Below, piece after piece: positions 55,256 to 64,000 of a stretch of 64,000 nt of DNA (position 1 is the first letter of the stretch; the number at the start of each line of letters is the position of its first letter). The notes below the pieces were generated by a model, which saw nothing but the letters and a program-made list of their open reading frames with translations, ran no database searches and was not told the DNA's origin. The stretch is taken from the NCBI GenBank assembly GCA_963823335.1, contig CAWGLD010000001.1:960001-1024000 (forward strand). Reading direction: 5' to 3'. The position numbers and the translations under genes are program-made. The DNA comes from an uncultured delta proteobacterium. Lineage in GTDB: Bacteria > Desulfobacterota > Desulfobacteria > Desulfobacterales > B30-G6.

Positions 55256-56569
55256 ATGGCAAAGCATAAAACCCCTTTGTTGGACCAGTTAGAGTCCGGG
55301 CCGTGGCCAAGTTTTGTGTCCGACTTGAAACAGGAAGCCGCAGCAAGGGCAAAGAATGAAAATAACATAGAATACCAGATCAATCAGGATGTCGTTGAGG
55401 ATTTACTCGGCGTACTGGAACTTTCCTACAGCCATGGCCGCTGCCACTGGAAACATGGTGGAATCGTGGGTGTGTTTGGTTACGGTGGTGGTGTTATCGG
55501 TCGCTACTGTGACCAGCCTCAAATGTTTCCAGGAGTGGCCCATTTTCATACCATGCGCGTGAATCAGCCGGGTGGTAAATTCTACACGGCTGAGTATCTC
55601 AGAAAACTTTGTGACCTGTGGGATTTTAGAGGCAGCGGCATCACCAACATGCACGGCTCCACCGGTGATATCATTTTTCTGGGAACCACCACGCCCCAGA
55701 TAGAAGAAATCTTTTGGGAGCTGAGTCATAATCTGGGACAGGACCTGGGAGGCTCCGGATCCAACCTGCGAACTCCGTCCGATTGTATCGGCGCGGCCCG
55801 ATGCGAGTATGCCTGTTATGACACCCAGGCGATCTGCTACGATCTGACCCAGGAATATCAGGACGAGCTGCACCGGCCAGCATTTCCCTATAAATTCAAA
55901 TTTAAGTTCGACGGCTGTCCCAACTGCTGCGTGGCATCCATTGCCCGATCCGACATCTCCTTTATCGGCACCTGGAGGGACGATATCAAGATTGATCAAA
56001 AAGCCGTACAGGCTTACATCGGCGGTGAGATTCCCCCCAACGGCAACGCCCACTCCGGTCGAGACTGGGGTGCATTTGATATCGACAAAGAGGTCATCAA
56101 CCTTTGCCCCACCAACTGCATGTGGATGGAGGGCAAAACGCTTAAGATCGATACCAAGGAATGTACCCGCTGTATGCACTGTATCAACGTGATGCCCAGA
56201 GCCTTGAGGATTGGTGACGACAGGGGGCTTTCCATGTTGGTAGGTGCTAAGGCGCCCATCCTGGATGGCGCCCAGATGGGATCTCTTCTGGTTCCATTCG
56301 TCAAGGTTGAAGAACCCTATGATGAAATCAAAGAGGTCATCGAAGCTATCTGGGATTACTGGATGGAAGAAGGCAAGAACCGTGAACGTCTCGGTGAATT
56401 GATGAAACGACAAGGCTTCCAGAAGCTTTTAGCTGCTACCGGGATCGATCCTGTTCCACAACATGTGCAGGAACCGAGATCTAATCCATACATCTTCTGG
56501 AATGAGGAAGAGGTCGACGGCGGATGGGATCGTGACGTCAATGAATTCAGAAAACATCATCTGAGATAG
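55256..56569 (+). CDS. dsrA: dissimilatory sulfite reductase alpha subunit
   Basis: GPWPSFV, HWKHGGIVGV, Cx5C...CPNCC siroheme-Fe4S4 motif, CTRCMHC. Confidence 0.98.
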   Translation: MAKHKTPLLDQLESGPWPSFVSDLKQEAAARAKNENNIEYQINQDVVEDLLGVLELSYSHGRCHWKHGGIVGVFGYGGGVIGRYCDQPQMFPGVAHFHTMRVNQPGGKFYTAEYLRKLCDLWDFRGSGITNMHGSTGDIIFLGTTTPQIEEIFWELSHNLGQDLGGSGSNLRTPSDCIGAARCEYACYDTQAICYDLTQEYQDELHRPAFPYKFKFKFDGCPNCCVASIARSDISFIGTWRDDIKIDQKAVQAYIGGEIPPNGNAHSGRDWGAFDIDKEVINLCPTNCMWMEGKTLKIDTKECTRCMHCINVMPRALRIGDDRGLSMLVGAKAPILDGAQMGSLLVPFVKVEEPYDEIKEVIEAIWDYWMEEGKNRERLGELMKRQGFQKLLAATGIDPVPQHVQEPRSNPYIFWNEEEVDGGWDRDVNEFRKHHLR

Positions 56570-56581
56570 GGGGAAATTACC

Positions 56582-57727
56582 ATGGCATTTGTTTCTTCAG
56601 GATACAATACGGACAAACCGATGGAAAACAGAATTTCCGACATCGGTCCGAAAAAGTATGATCTATTTTACCCTCCGGTCATCGCCAAGAACAAGGGTAA
56701 ATGGCTATATCATGAAATTTTGAAACCCGGCGTGCTGGTGCATGTCTCTGAAACCGGTGATGAGGTTTTCACGGTTCGATGTGGTGGCGCTCGACTCATG
56801 AGTACCACACATATTCGTGAAATCTGTGAGATTGCAGAAAAACACTGTGATGGACACCTCAGATTCACCACCCGTAACAATATTGAGTTCATGGTGGACA
56901 GCAAGGACAAAGTCGAACCACTGATTCAGGACCTTGAAAGCCGGAAGTTTGACGGCGGCAGCTTCAAGTTTCCTGTGGGCGGCACGGGCGCCGGTGTGAC
57001 CAATATCGTTCACACCCAGGGATGGGTTCACTGCCACACACCGGCAACCGATGCATCCGGCCCGGTCAAGGCCACCATGGATGTGCTCTTTGATGATTTC
57101 AAAGATCACAAGCTGCCGGCTCAGTTACGTGTTTCTCTGGCTTGCTGTCTGAACATGTGCGGCGCGGTTCACTGCTCGGATATCGCTATTCTCGGATATC
57201 ATAGAAAACCGCCCATGCTGGACCACGAATACCTGGACAAGATGTGCGAAATTCCCCTGGCCATCGCAGCCTGCCCCACCGCAGCCATCAAGCCGGCCAA
57301 GGTTGAGGTAAACGGTAAGACACTAAATAGTGTTGCTGTAAAGAACGAGCGCTGTATGTTCTGTGGCAACTGCTACACCATGTGTCCCTCCATGCCGCTG
57401 GCAGATACGGAAGGTGATGGTATCGTCATCATGGCGGGTGGAAAGGTCTCCAACCGAATAACTGCTCCTAAGTTTTCAAAGGTCGTTGTGGCGTTTCTCC
57501 CCAATGAAGCACCCCGTTGGCCATCCACAACCGCTACCATCAAAAAGATTGTGGAAGCTTATTCTGCAGGCGCCAATAAGTATGAACGTCTGGGTGAATG
57601 GGCAGAACGGATCGGTTGGGAGCGCTTCTTCGACAAATGCGAACTTCCATTTACCCATCATCTCATTGATGATTTCCGTGATCCGGCCTATTATACGTGG
57701 CGCCAGACGTCACAGTTCAAGTTTTAA
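56582..57727 (+). CDS. dsrB: dissimilatory sulfite reductase beta subunit
   Basis: [34 protein letters not shown]. Confidence 0.98.
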   Translation: MAFVSSGYNTDKPMENRISDIGPKKYDLFYPPVIAKNKGKWLYHEILKPGVLVHVSETGDEVFTVRCGGARLMSTTHIREICEIAEKHCDGHLRFTTRNNIEFMVDSKDKVEPLIQDLESRKFDGGSFKFPVGGTGAGVTNIVHTQGWVHCHTPATDASGPVKATMDVLFDDFKDHKLPAQLRVSLACCLNMCGAVHCSDIAILGYHRKPPMLDHEYLDKMCEIPLAIAACPTAAIKPAKVEVNGKTLNSVAVKNERCMFCGNCYTMCPSMPLADTEGDGIVIMAGGKVSNRITAPKFSKVVVAFLPNEAPRWPSTTATIKKIVEAYSAGANKYERLGEWAERIGWERFFDKCELPFTHHLIDDFRDPAYYTWRQTSQFKF

Positions 57728-57797
57728 TCGTGTAACAACAATGGGAGGGGGGCCCTGCAAAGGGCCTCCCGGCCAACCTTATAAAAGGGGTAAAGCA

Positions 57798-58037
57798 ATG
57801 GATTACGAAGAGGCAAAAGAGCTGGTTGTAGAGGGGCTCAAAAAGAAACAAAAAATGAAATCCAAGTTTTATTTCAACGACCTGGCAAAACTTATTGGTG
57901 AAAAACCAAGAGCAGCTAAAAAGTATGTCAACCAGATGGTAACAGAAGGCGTACTTGAATATTGGTCCAGTGGCAGCACATCTATGTATGGTCTGCCGGG
58001 AACAGGAAAACAGTCTGGGGCGGAACACGAGGACTAA
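57798..58037 (+). CDS. dsrD: DsrD
   Basis: KSKFYFND and YWSSGST motifs; 79 aa from ATG 57798. Confidence 0.95.
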   Translation: MDYEEAKELVVEGLKKKQKMKSKFYFNDLAKLIGEKPRAAKKYVNQMVTEGVLEYWSSGSTSMYGLPGTGKQSGAEHED

Positions 58038-58108
58038 TCGTAAGCCGTTTGTATTCTGTTTTCTTGTTATGTAGGTTTTTGGAACATAATCAGACACATC
58101 TAAAAAAA

Positions 58109-59566
58109 ATGGATTTTCCTGGAATCATCATATCAGCCCTACGGGGCGGGTCTGGGAAAACCATTTTTTCTGTGGGTATTATTGCCGCCCTGACGCAGGC
58201 TGGCAAAGCAATCGCCCCATTCAAAAAAGGACCAGATTATATTGACGCGGGCTGGCTTGCCCTGGCGGCAGGCCAGCAGTGTTACAATCTGGACACCTTC
58301 CTCATCCCAAAAGAAACCATCCTTAACTCCTTTGCCTGCTATACCCAGATATCGGACCTGGCCGTTATCGAAGGTAATCGCGGTCTATACGACAGCATCG
58401 ACCGGGAGGGCAATACCAGTACGGCCGAATTGGCCAAGCTCCTGGATCTTCCGGTAATTCTCTGTATCGATGGTACCAAAGCCACTCGAACCATGGCGGC
58501 CGTGGTTTTAGGATGCCAGCGGTTTGATCCAGGTGTAAAGATAAAGGGCGTCATTCTGAACCGTGTGGCTGGCAAGCGTCACGAGAACAACCTGAGATCC
58601 TGTATCGAACATTACTGCCAGATTCCGGTGCTGGGGGCGGTACCCAAACTAAGGGACCAACCGTTCCCGGAGAGGCATATGGGTCTCGTGCCGACACCTG
58701 AACACACCTGGGCTAAGAAGTCCGTAGATACAATTGCAGCGATTATTTCTCAACACCTGGACCTGGATAGTATCCTGAATATCGCACAGTCGGGCAAGGG
58801 AGCGGTATCCAAAGAACAGCCGACCCAAGGCAAGCAAGGGATGAGAACCACAGCACGTGAATTTTCATCGGCTGAACCGCCGTCGGATGCCTGTGTTGAA
58901 AAATATGTTGTGGTCGGCGATGCCCCGAGAATCGGTATCATCCGGGATGCATCCTTTCAGTTCTACTATCCTGAAAACTTGGAAGCCCTGGAGGCCGCCG
59001 GTGCAAAACTCGTTTTTACAAGCCCTTTGACGGAAGCCGCCATGCCGCCTATCGATGCATTGTACATCGGTGGCGGGTTCCCGGAAACACATGCAAAAAA
59101 ACTGGCAGACAATAGTACCTACCGAAATCAAATACGGGATCTGGCTGAAAAAGATCTTCCCATATATGCCGAGTGCGGGGGACTGATGTACCTTGGGGAA
59201 CGTCTTATACTAGGGGATGATGCGTATGCCATGGCAGGGTTTTTTCCCCTGGTGTTTGATCTGCATAAACGACCACAAGGGCACGGATATACCATTGTCT
59301 CGATTGATCATGAAAACCCCTATTTTGAGGTGGGGACCGAAATCAAGGGGCATGAGTTCCATTATTCAAAGGCTATCGAATACAGGGGCTCCATGGATCT
59401 TCTGGTGTTTCGAGTTCAACGGGGGACAGGATTGATTAACGGCAGGGACGGCATCTGCCGGAAAAAGGTTTTGGCCACCTACACCCACATCCATTCCCTG
59501 GGAACACCCTTGTGGGCCGGAAGCGTGGTGAAAAATGCGGTTTCTTATCGAAAAGCCAGGCAGTAG
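58109..59566 (+). CDS. dsrN: cobyrinate a,c-diamide synthase homolog (siroheme amidase DsrN)
   Basis: GGSGKT, FKKGPDYID, ERHMGL, AECGG, GHEFHYS; follows dsrD. Confidence 0.9.
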   Translation: MDFPGIIISALRGGSGKTIFSVGIIAALTQAGKAIAPFKKGPDYIDAGWLALAAGQQCYNLDTFLIPKETILNSFACYTQISDLAVIEGNRGLYDSIDREGNTSTAELAKLLDLPVILCIDGTKATRTMAAVVLGCQRFDPGVKIKGVILNRVAGKRHENNLRSCIEHYCQIPVLGAVPKLRDQPFPERHMGLVPTPEHTWAKKSVDTIAAIISQHLDLDSILNIAQSGKGAVSKEQPTQGKQGMRTTAREFSSAEPPSDACVEKYVVVGDAPRIGIIRDASFQFYYPENLEALEAAGAKLVFTSPLTEAAMPPIDALYIGGGFPETHAKKLADNSTYRNQIRDLAEKDLPIYAECGGLMYLGERLILGDDAYAMAGFFPLVFDLHKRPQGHGYTIVSIDHENPYFEVGTEIKGHEFHYSKAIEYRGSMDLLVFRVQRGTGLINGRDGICRKKVLATYTHIHSLGTPLWAGSVVKNAVSYRKARQ

Positions 59567-60398
59567 CCTCCCAAAGAAACCTTTTTCTATACAGGAGGTT
59601 CGACAGCTTGTACGAAATGCCATACACGAGGCAGAGACGCGTCTGACGCAACTGGACATTGAAAGACGCTTGTCCCGGTATTTTCAAATTGACCGCAGAC
59701 GGGTTCGATCGGCGATTAAGGAGCTTGTGGACCAGCAAGAGCTCATGTATGTTTCCGATTTCGGACATACCTTTATTGAAACGTCGCTTCACAAACCAAT
59801 CCGAATAACCGGGAAGATTGTTTTAAAACCATGGAATTGCACGTTTGAAGCGGGCGCCGGGGATATTGTTGTAAGTCTTTGCCACGGCATTTCTTTTGGT
59901 TCAGGCCAGCACCCTACCACCCGGTTATGCCTCAAGGGACTGGAATATCTTCAACAAAATTATGCGGGTTTATGGCGTGGGGAGAAAACAAGGGCCCTCG
60001 ATATCGGGACCGGTTCAGGTGTTCTCATCATAACCGCCCTGAAGATGGGTGTCGCATCAGGTGTCGCTGTTGATATCGACGCCTGCGCAATATCGGAAGC
60101 CCGTAGCAATGCCGTAAACAACGGGTTGTCAGGACGAATCACGATATCGTCGGAACCTCTTGAATCCTTCCAAGAAGTCTTTAACCTCATACTGGCCAAT
60201 CTTCGGTCACCCACCCTGAAGTCCCTTCTTCCACAAATGAAAGACAGAACCATACCAGGCGGTAAAATACTTCTATCCGGAATCAAAACTGAAGAACTTG
60301 ATTCATTTACCAAACAGATCCATGGGCTTGGATTGAGCCGGGAATGGGTGGGCGAAGAACGTGGCTGGGCGGCAATCGTGCTTAACAAAGGAAGTTAA
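59535..60398 (+). CDS. PrmA-like SAM-dependent methyltransferase with atypical N-terminus
   Basis: SFGSGQHPTT, LDIGTGSG, LAN, LSGI. Confidence 0.8.
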   Translation: MRFLIEKPGSSLPKKPFSIQEVRQLVRNAIHEAETRLTQLDIERRLSRYFQIDRRRVRSAIKELVDQQELMYVSDFGHTFIETSLHKPIRITGKIVLKPWNCTFEAGAGDIVVSLCHGISFGSGQHPTTRLCLKGLEYLQQNYAGLWRGEKTRALDIGTGSGVLIITALKMGVASGVAVDIDACAISEARSNAVNNGLSGRITISSEPLESFQEVFNLILANLRSPTLKSLLPQMKDRTIPGGKILLSGIKTEELDSFTKQIHGLGLSREWVGEERGWAAIVLNKGS

Positions 60399-60399
60399 A

Positions 60400-60430
60400 A
60401 AAGGCGTGCGTTCTTACAACGCACGCCTTT
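60400..60430. terminator. bidirectional intrinsic terminator
   Basis: AAAGGCGTGCGTT-cttac-AACGCACGCCTTT. Confidence 0.8.
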
Positions 60431-60448
60431 CTATATTTGAGGATTCGA

Positions 60449-60925
60449 TTATCCTTCTTTTTTAGGATGGCATTTGACGCAGGTTGTAGGTGCAGCTTTG
60501 GTTTTATTCTTTTTGTTGTAGTCTTTATGGCAGCCCTGGCAATTGTCGTGAAGGGCTTCTGCATGCCACTGACGCGCCAGCTTGTCTTTTTCCGCCTTCT
60601 TTATCTTCTCTTTTTTCCATTTATCTTTTTCGTCTTTGGGCACTTCACCTGGTTTGCTGTGGCATTCAATACATTTTTGTACAGAATCCCCTGCTTTCAG
60701 GTTGCTTAATGGCTTGTTGTTTTCATCATGGTGGCAGTCGCCACAACCGCTTTTGTAGGCTTCGACATGTTTTTGGTGTGTAAACACAACAATTTCCTTA
60801 GTGTGTTCGTAATCGGCCTGCATATTAATGACAGTGGACACGTCACTACCGGCGTACAACGCCACAGATGCGAACAGCACGATAAAACCAATGGTGGTGA
60901 TTATTAAAAAGCCCTTTTTATTCAT
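60449..60925 (-). CDS. tetraheme cytochrome c3
   Basis: Signal peptide; FTHQKH; four CxxCH motifs (CGDCH, CIECH, CQGCH, CVKCH). Confidence 0.93.
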   Translation of the reverse strand: MNKKGFLIITTIGFIVLFASVALYAGSDVSTVINMQADYEHTKEIVVFTHQKHVEAYKSGCGDCHHDENNKPLSNLKAGDSVQKCIECHSKPGEVPKDEKDKWKKEKIKKAEKDKLARQWHAEALHDNCQGCHKDYNKKNKTKAAPTTCVKCHPKKEG

Positions 60926-61044
60926 CGCTTCCCAATGCCTCCTTTGATTGTAACATGAAATTTGTTTTGTTTACCTGTATCTGCATTGAGGAGCTAATTA
61001 TCAATTATCCATAAAGCTGTCAACGGTAAAGCGTCAGAGGTGTC

Positions 61045-61791
61045 CTACAAAGACGCTTCTTCCGTTAAGACCTTTTTCTTACCAAAAATCCGTGCACCAA
61101 TGATACTGATCTCATAGAGGACCATCAAGGGCAACGCCATCATGATCTGTGTCACAACATCGGGCGGGGTTAATATAGCGGCGCCGGTAAAAAAAAGGAG
61201 CAATGCATACTTTCTGTTTTTCTTTAAAAATTCAACTGAAACAACCCCAAGTCTCGCTAGAAACGTAATGATGATAGGTAATTCAAACACCAGACCAAAT
61301 GCCAGGAGCAGCTTGGATGAGAAACTGAGATATTCCTTCATGGACGGCAGCGGTCTGATGGTTTCAGAGGCAAATCCAAGAAAAAATTTAAATCCCCAGG
61401 GAAAAACAATAAAATAACCGAACAGGGCGCCCCCGATAAAGAAAAGCGAGGATAAAAAAACAACCGGAAGCAGCAGGCGTTTTTCCTGCTGATATAATCC
61501 CGGCGCGGTGAACATCCAGAATTGATAAATGATAATGGGAGAGGCCAATAATATCCCGGACAGGAACGCGGTTTTCAGAAAGGTAAAAAAAGCTTCTGGA
61601 AGGTTGGTATAAATGAGTGTTTCACCGGTTTTCATCACCGAAATCAAGGGTGCTGTCAGTATCTGGAACAGTTTTTCCTTGAAAGCATAAGACAAGACAA
61701 AACCGACCCCTACGGCGATAAAAGATTTGATAAGGCGGTTTCTCAGTTCTTCAAGGTGGGAGGCAAAAGGGCGTTTGTCATCCTCTTTCAT
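61045..61791 (-). CDS. tatC: twin-arginine translocase TatC
   Basis: HLEELR, APGLY, FELP, TPPD. Confidence 0.96.
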   Translation of the reverse strand: MKEDDKRPFASHLEELRNRLIKSFIAVGVGFVLSYAFKEKLFQILTAPLISVMKTGETLIYTNLPEAFFTFLKTAFLSGILLASPIIIYQFWMFTAPGLYQQEKRLLLPVVFLSSLFFIGGALFGYFIVFPWGFKFFLGFASETIRPLPSMKEYLSFSSKLLLAFGLVFELPIIITFLARLGVVSVEFLKKNRKYALLLFFTGAAILTPPDVVTQIMMALPLMVLYEISIIGARIFGKKKVLTEEASL

Positions 61792-62251
61792 CGCGGTTGG
61801 GTTCCTCTTTCTTCGCGTCAGGACTGATTCCAGATTTATCGGTTTCTGCGATGGTGTTGGCGGAAGGATCGGCATCTTTGTGGTTCATGCCATCAAATGC
61901 CTGCTTCAGGTCCCCGAGTGCTTCATCGGTGTCTGTCTTCTGGCTGTTCTGATATTCAGGGGATATGCTGGTTGCACTGTCTACCGCCTTGCTGGTGTCT
62001 GGCTGGTATTCTTCGATATTGTCGAAAGTAACCGTTTCTTTTATATCTTTCTGGATATCCGTGAAGGATTCCTTGACTTCTTTAAAGTCGACATCCGCAC
62101 TGATGGACTGCTTGATTTCACTGGTGGCCTTCTTAAACTCACCCATGGCCCGGCCAAGGGATTTGGCAAGATCGGGAAGTTTTTTTGGGCCGATAACAAT
62201 GAGAGCGATTGCCAGAATCAACAGCATTTCCGGCATACCAATACCAAACAT
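61778..62251 (-). CDS. tatB: twin-arginine translocase TatB (TatA/B family)
   Basis: MFGIGMPE...GPKKLP, long acidic tail; upstream of tatC. Confidence 0.88.
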   Translation of the reverse strand: MFGIGMPEMLLILAIALIVIGPKKLPDLAKSLGRAMGEFKKATSEIKQSISADVDFKEVKESFTDIQKDIKETVTFDNIEEYQPDTSKAVDSATSISPEYQNSQKTDTDEALGDLKQAFDGMNHKDADPSANTIAETDKSGISPDAKKEEPNRDERG

Positions 62252-62405
62252 ATGATCTCCTAACTGCCCGAAAATATTTAATACATGTGGCCTGTCATCC
62301 ATTTTATGGCTACAGGAATTTTTTAATCAGGTTTTTGATAAGCAAGGTGTTTCATTTCGGGCGAACTGCTCTGAGATATATTATAAACAGCCGATGTGTC
62401 AACCA

Positions 62406-63632
62406 TTATGCGTCATCCAACTTAAGGACAAGAAAATAAAAGACGCCGGTATGCTGCATGTAACCTGCTGCGAGCTCTGCATAAGGACTATTTCCCCAAA
62501 AGAGATCGGCACGACCCGGTCCCCGGATAGCTCCACCGGTGTCCTGATTGAGGACAAACCCTTTAAACGTGTCCCATGTATTGATTTGTCCTTCCGAATC
62601 TACAACCGGCCTGGATGTTTCGATATAAACAAGGGCAGCGGGCGGAAAGATGCGACGGTCCAGGGCAAGAGATCTTTCGGCGGTCAACGGTACCTGCAGG
62701 TATCCGATAGGTCCTTCTTTTTCCAACTTGAAAAACACGTAACTTGGATTATGGTTTAAAATCCAATCCATTTCATCCGGGTTTGCTTGTAAATAGGAGC
62801 GGATTTTCTGCATGGACATCTCTTCTCTGGCTATTTTCTCTTCGTCGATGAGCAGTTTTCCGATGCTGCGATACGGATGCCCGTTGGTGGTGTGGTAGTG
62901 AAGATTTATTTGGTCACCATCCGGCAGCAGGACCCGGCCGGATCCTTGAATTTGAAGAAAAAACAAATCGACAGGGTCTTTTAGCCAGGCGAGGGGTTCG
63001 CTGGTCTCTGATAATGTCTCCGGCTCACTGATCTGCTTTCGTTCATAGTAGGGAACGATGGTATTACCGGTATACCTTCCCACAATTTTTTCACCGGAAA
63101 AGCGTTCCGAGAAAAGAGACAGATCGATGGCGATCAAGTCTGAGGGGGTGGCATATACTGGGAACCGATAGGTTTCGGTTGGTACGAGACTTCCCAGGAT
63201 CGTTGGTTCGTAATATCCGGTAAAAAGAACTTCTCTTTTACGATTGCTCCCAACAGATTGATATACCATATAGTTTGAGGAAATAAACCGCTTGAGTTCT
63301 TCCCGGGAAGGATTCTTATCTATAAAATTTAAAAACAGTTCATGAGAAGCAATGAGATGCGCTGCAGTGAAGAGATCTTTTCCAAAGGAAAATTCACGGT
63401 CTGCCGGGACCCTTCGTAAATAGGCCAGGCTTTGCTCGATACTGGCACCCAGGTCTTTGTAGGCGTGATCGTCGGAAAACTCGGGGTACTGGGTAATCTT
63501 TAACTTTTTCAGGGATGTTTTTGAAGTAATATCCGGTGCCTTCAGAAAGAAGCCGCATCCCGAAAATGAAAAAAGAATGAAAATTAGACCGAGCAACCAG
63601 GGCAGGCTCGTTTTTGAGACAGAAGTGTGCAT
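62406..63632 (-). CDS. mltA: membrane-bound lytic murein transglycosylase A
   Basis: Lipobox FSGC; FTGYYEP, QIQGSG, NPSYVFF, QDTGGAI, RADLFWG. Confidence 0.94.
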   Translation of the reverse strand: MHTSVSKTSLPWLLGLIFILFSFSGCGFFLKAPDITSKTSLKKLKITQYPEFSDDHAYKDLGASIEQSLAYLRRVPADREFSFGKDLFTAAHLIASHELFLNFIDKNPSREELKRFISSNYMVYQSVGSNRKREVLFTGYYEPTILGSLVPTETYRFPVYATPSDLIAIDLSLFSERFSGEKIVGRYTGNTIVPYYERKQISEPETLSETSEPLAWLKDPVDLFFLQIQGSGRVLLPDGDQINLHYHTTNGHPYRSIGKLLIDEEKIAREEMSMQKIRSYLQANPDEMDWILNHNPSYVFFKLEKEGPIGYLQVPLTAERSLALDRRIFPPAALVYIETSRPVVDSEGQINTWDTFKGFVLNQDTGGAIRGPGRADLFWGNSPYAELAAGYMQHTGVFYFLVLKLDDA

Positions 63633-64000
63633 CAGGAATCGTCCATTCTAAGTGTTCGTATGGTTGAGTCAATATGTGTCACGGTCAATGTTTTGTTTTG
63701 ATCTTTTTGGGTAATACCCAGATCCTTAAACTTTCGGGCAGAGCTGAGAACCCTGCGTTCCAGAGATCCGACAACCTTGTTGTATGTGTGGGTGGAGCGT
63801 TCGATATCCCTGCCAAGATTGTTGATGTGTTGCCCCATGGTTGAAAGACGCTCAAACAGCTCTGCGCCTAATTCACTGATTTTTCGGGCATTTTCGGTCA
63901 ATTTTTCCTGCTGCCATCCAAAGGCAACTGTTTTTAGGAGAGAAATCAGTGTTGTTGGGGTGGCTAGAATCACGTTTTTTTGGACCCCCAGTTCAATCAG
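63632..64000 (-). CDS. rmuC: DNA recombination protein RmuC (3' part)
   Basis: LATPTTLISLLKTVAFGWQQE, YNKVVGSLERRV. Confidence 0.9.
   Translation of the reverse strand: MIELGVQKNVILATPTTLISLLKTVAFGWQQEKLTENARKISELGAELFERLSTMGQHINNLGRDIERSTHTYNKVVGSLERRVLSSARKFKDLGITQKDQNKTLTVTHIDSTIRTLRMDDS

Noticed and set aside
55403..56413. Long antisense ORFs (also 4537-5484, 3199-4056, 24728-25597, 25895-26662)
   Set aside because: Shadows of well-supported genes on the opposite strand, with no recognisable motifs

Overview
Core chromosomal segment of a sulfate-reducing deltaproteobacterium (gene content and order suggest Desulfobacterales). It spans the probable replication origin (AT-rich gap at ~31.05-31.32 kb upstream of dnaN-gyrB, with no dnaA, recF or gyrA in the window), two parS sites, the rpmH-rnpA-yidD-yidC-jag-mnmE cluster, a dsrABD-dsrN operon, a tetraheme cytochrome c3, tatBC, three ABC importers, a glycerophosphodiester/glycerol-3-phosphate gene block and housekeeping genes. 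I saw no prophage, transposase, CRISPR array, tRNA or rRNA, and no clear new multi-gene system. The best leads are a 511-aa FabH/KAS III-like enzyme carrying a second, Cys-less copy of the N-terminal domain, a rearranged dnaA-less oriC with variant TTATGAACA boxes, a kinase-fold-like orphan with a TPR partner upstream of dsrA, a winged-helix/PrmA fusion after dsrN, a structured dapA leader, a G11 tract in a eukaryote-type UGPase and a frameshifted HAD gene. All family calls come from motif recognition without database searches.
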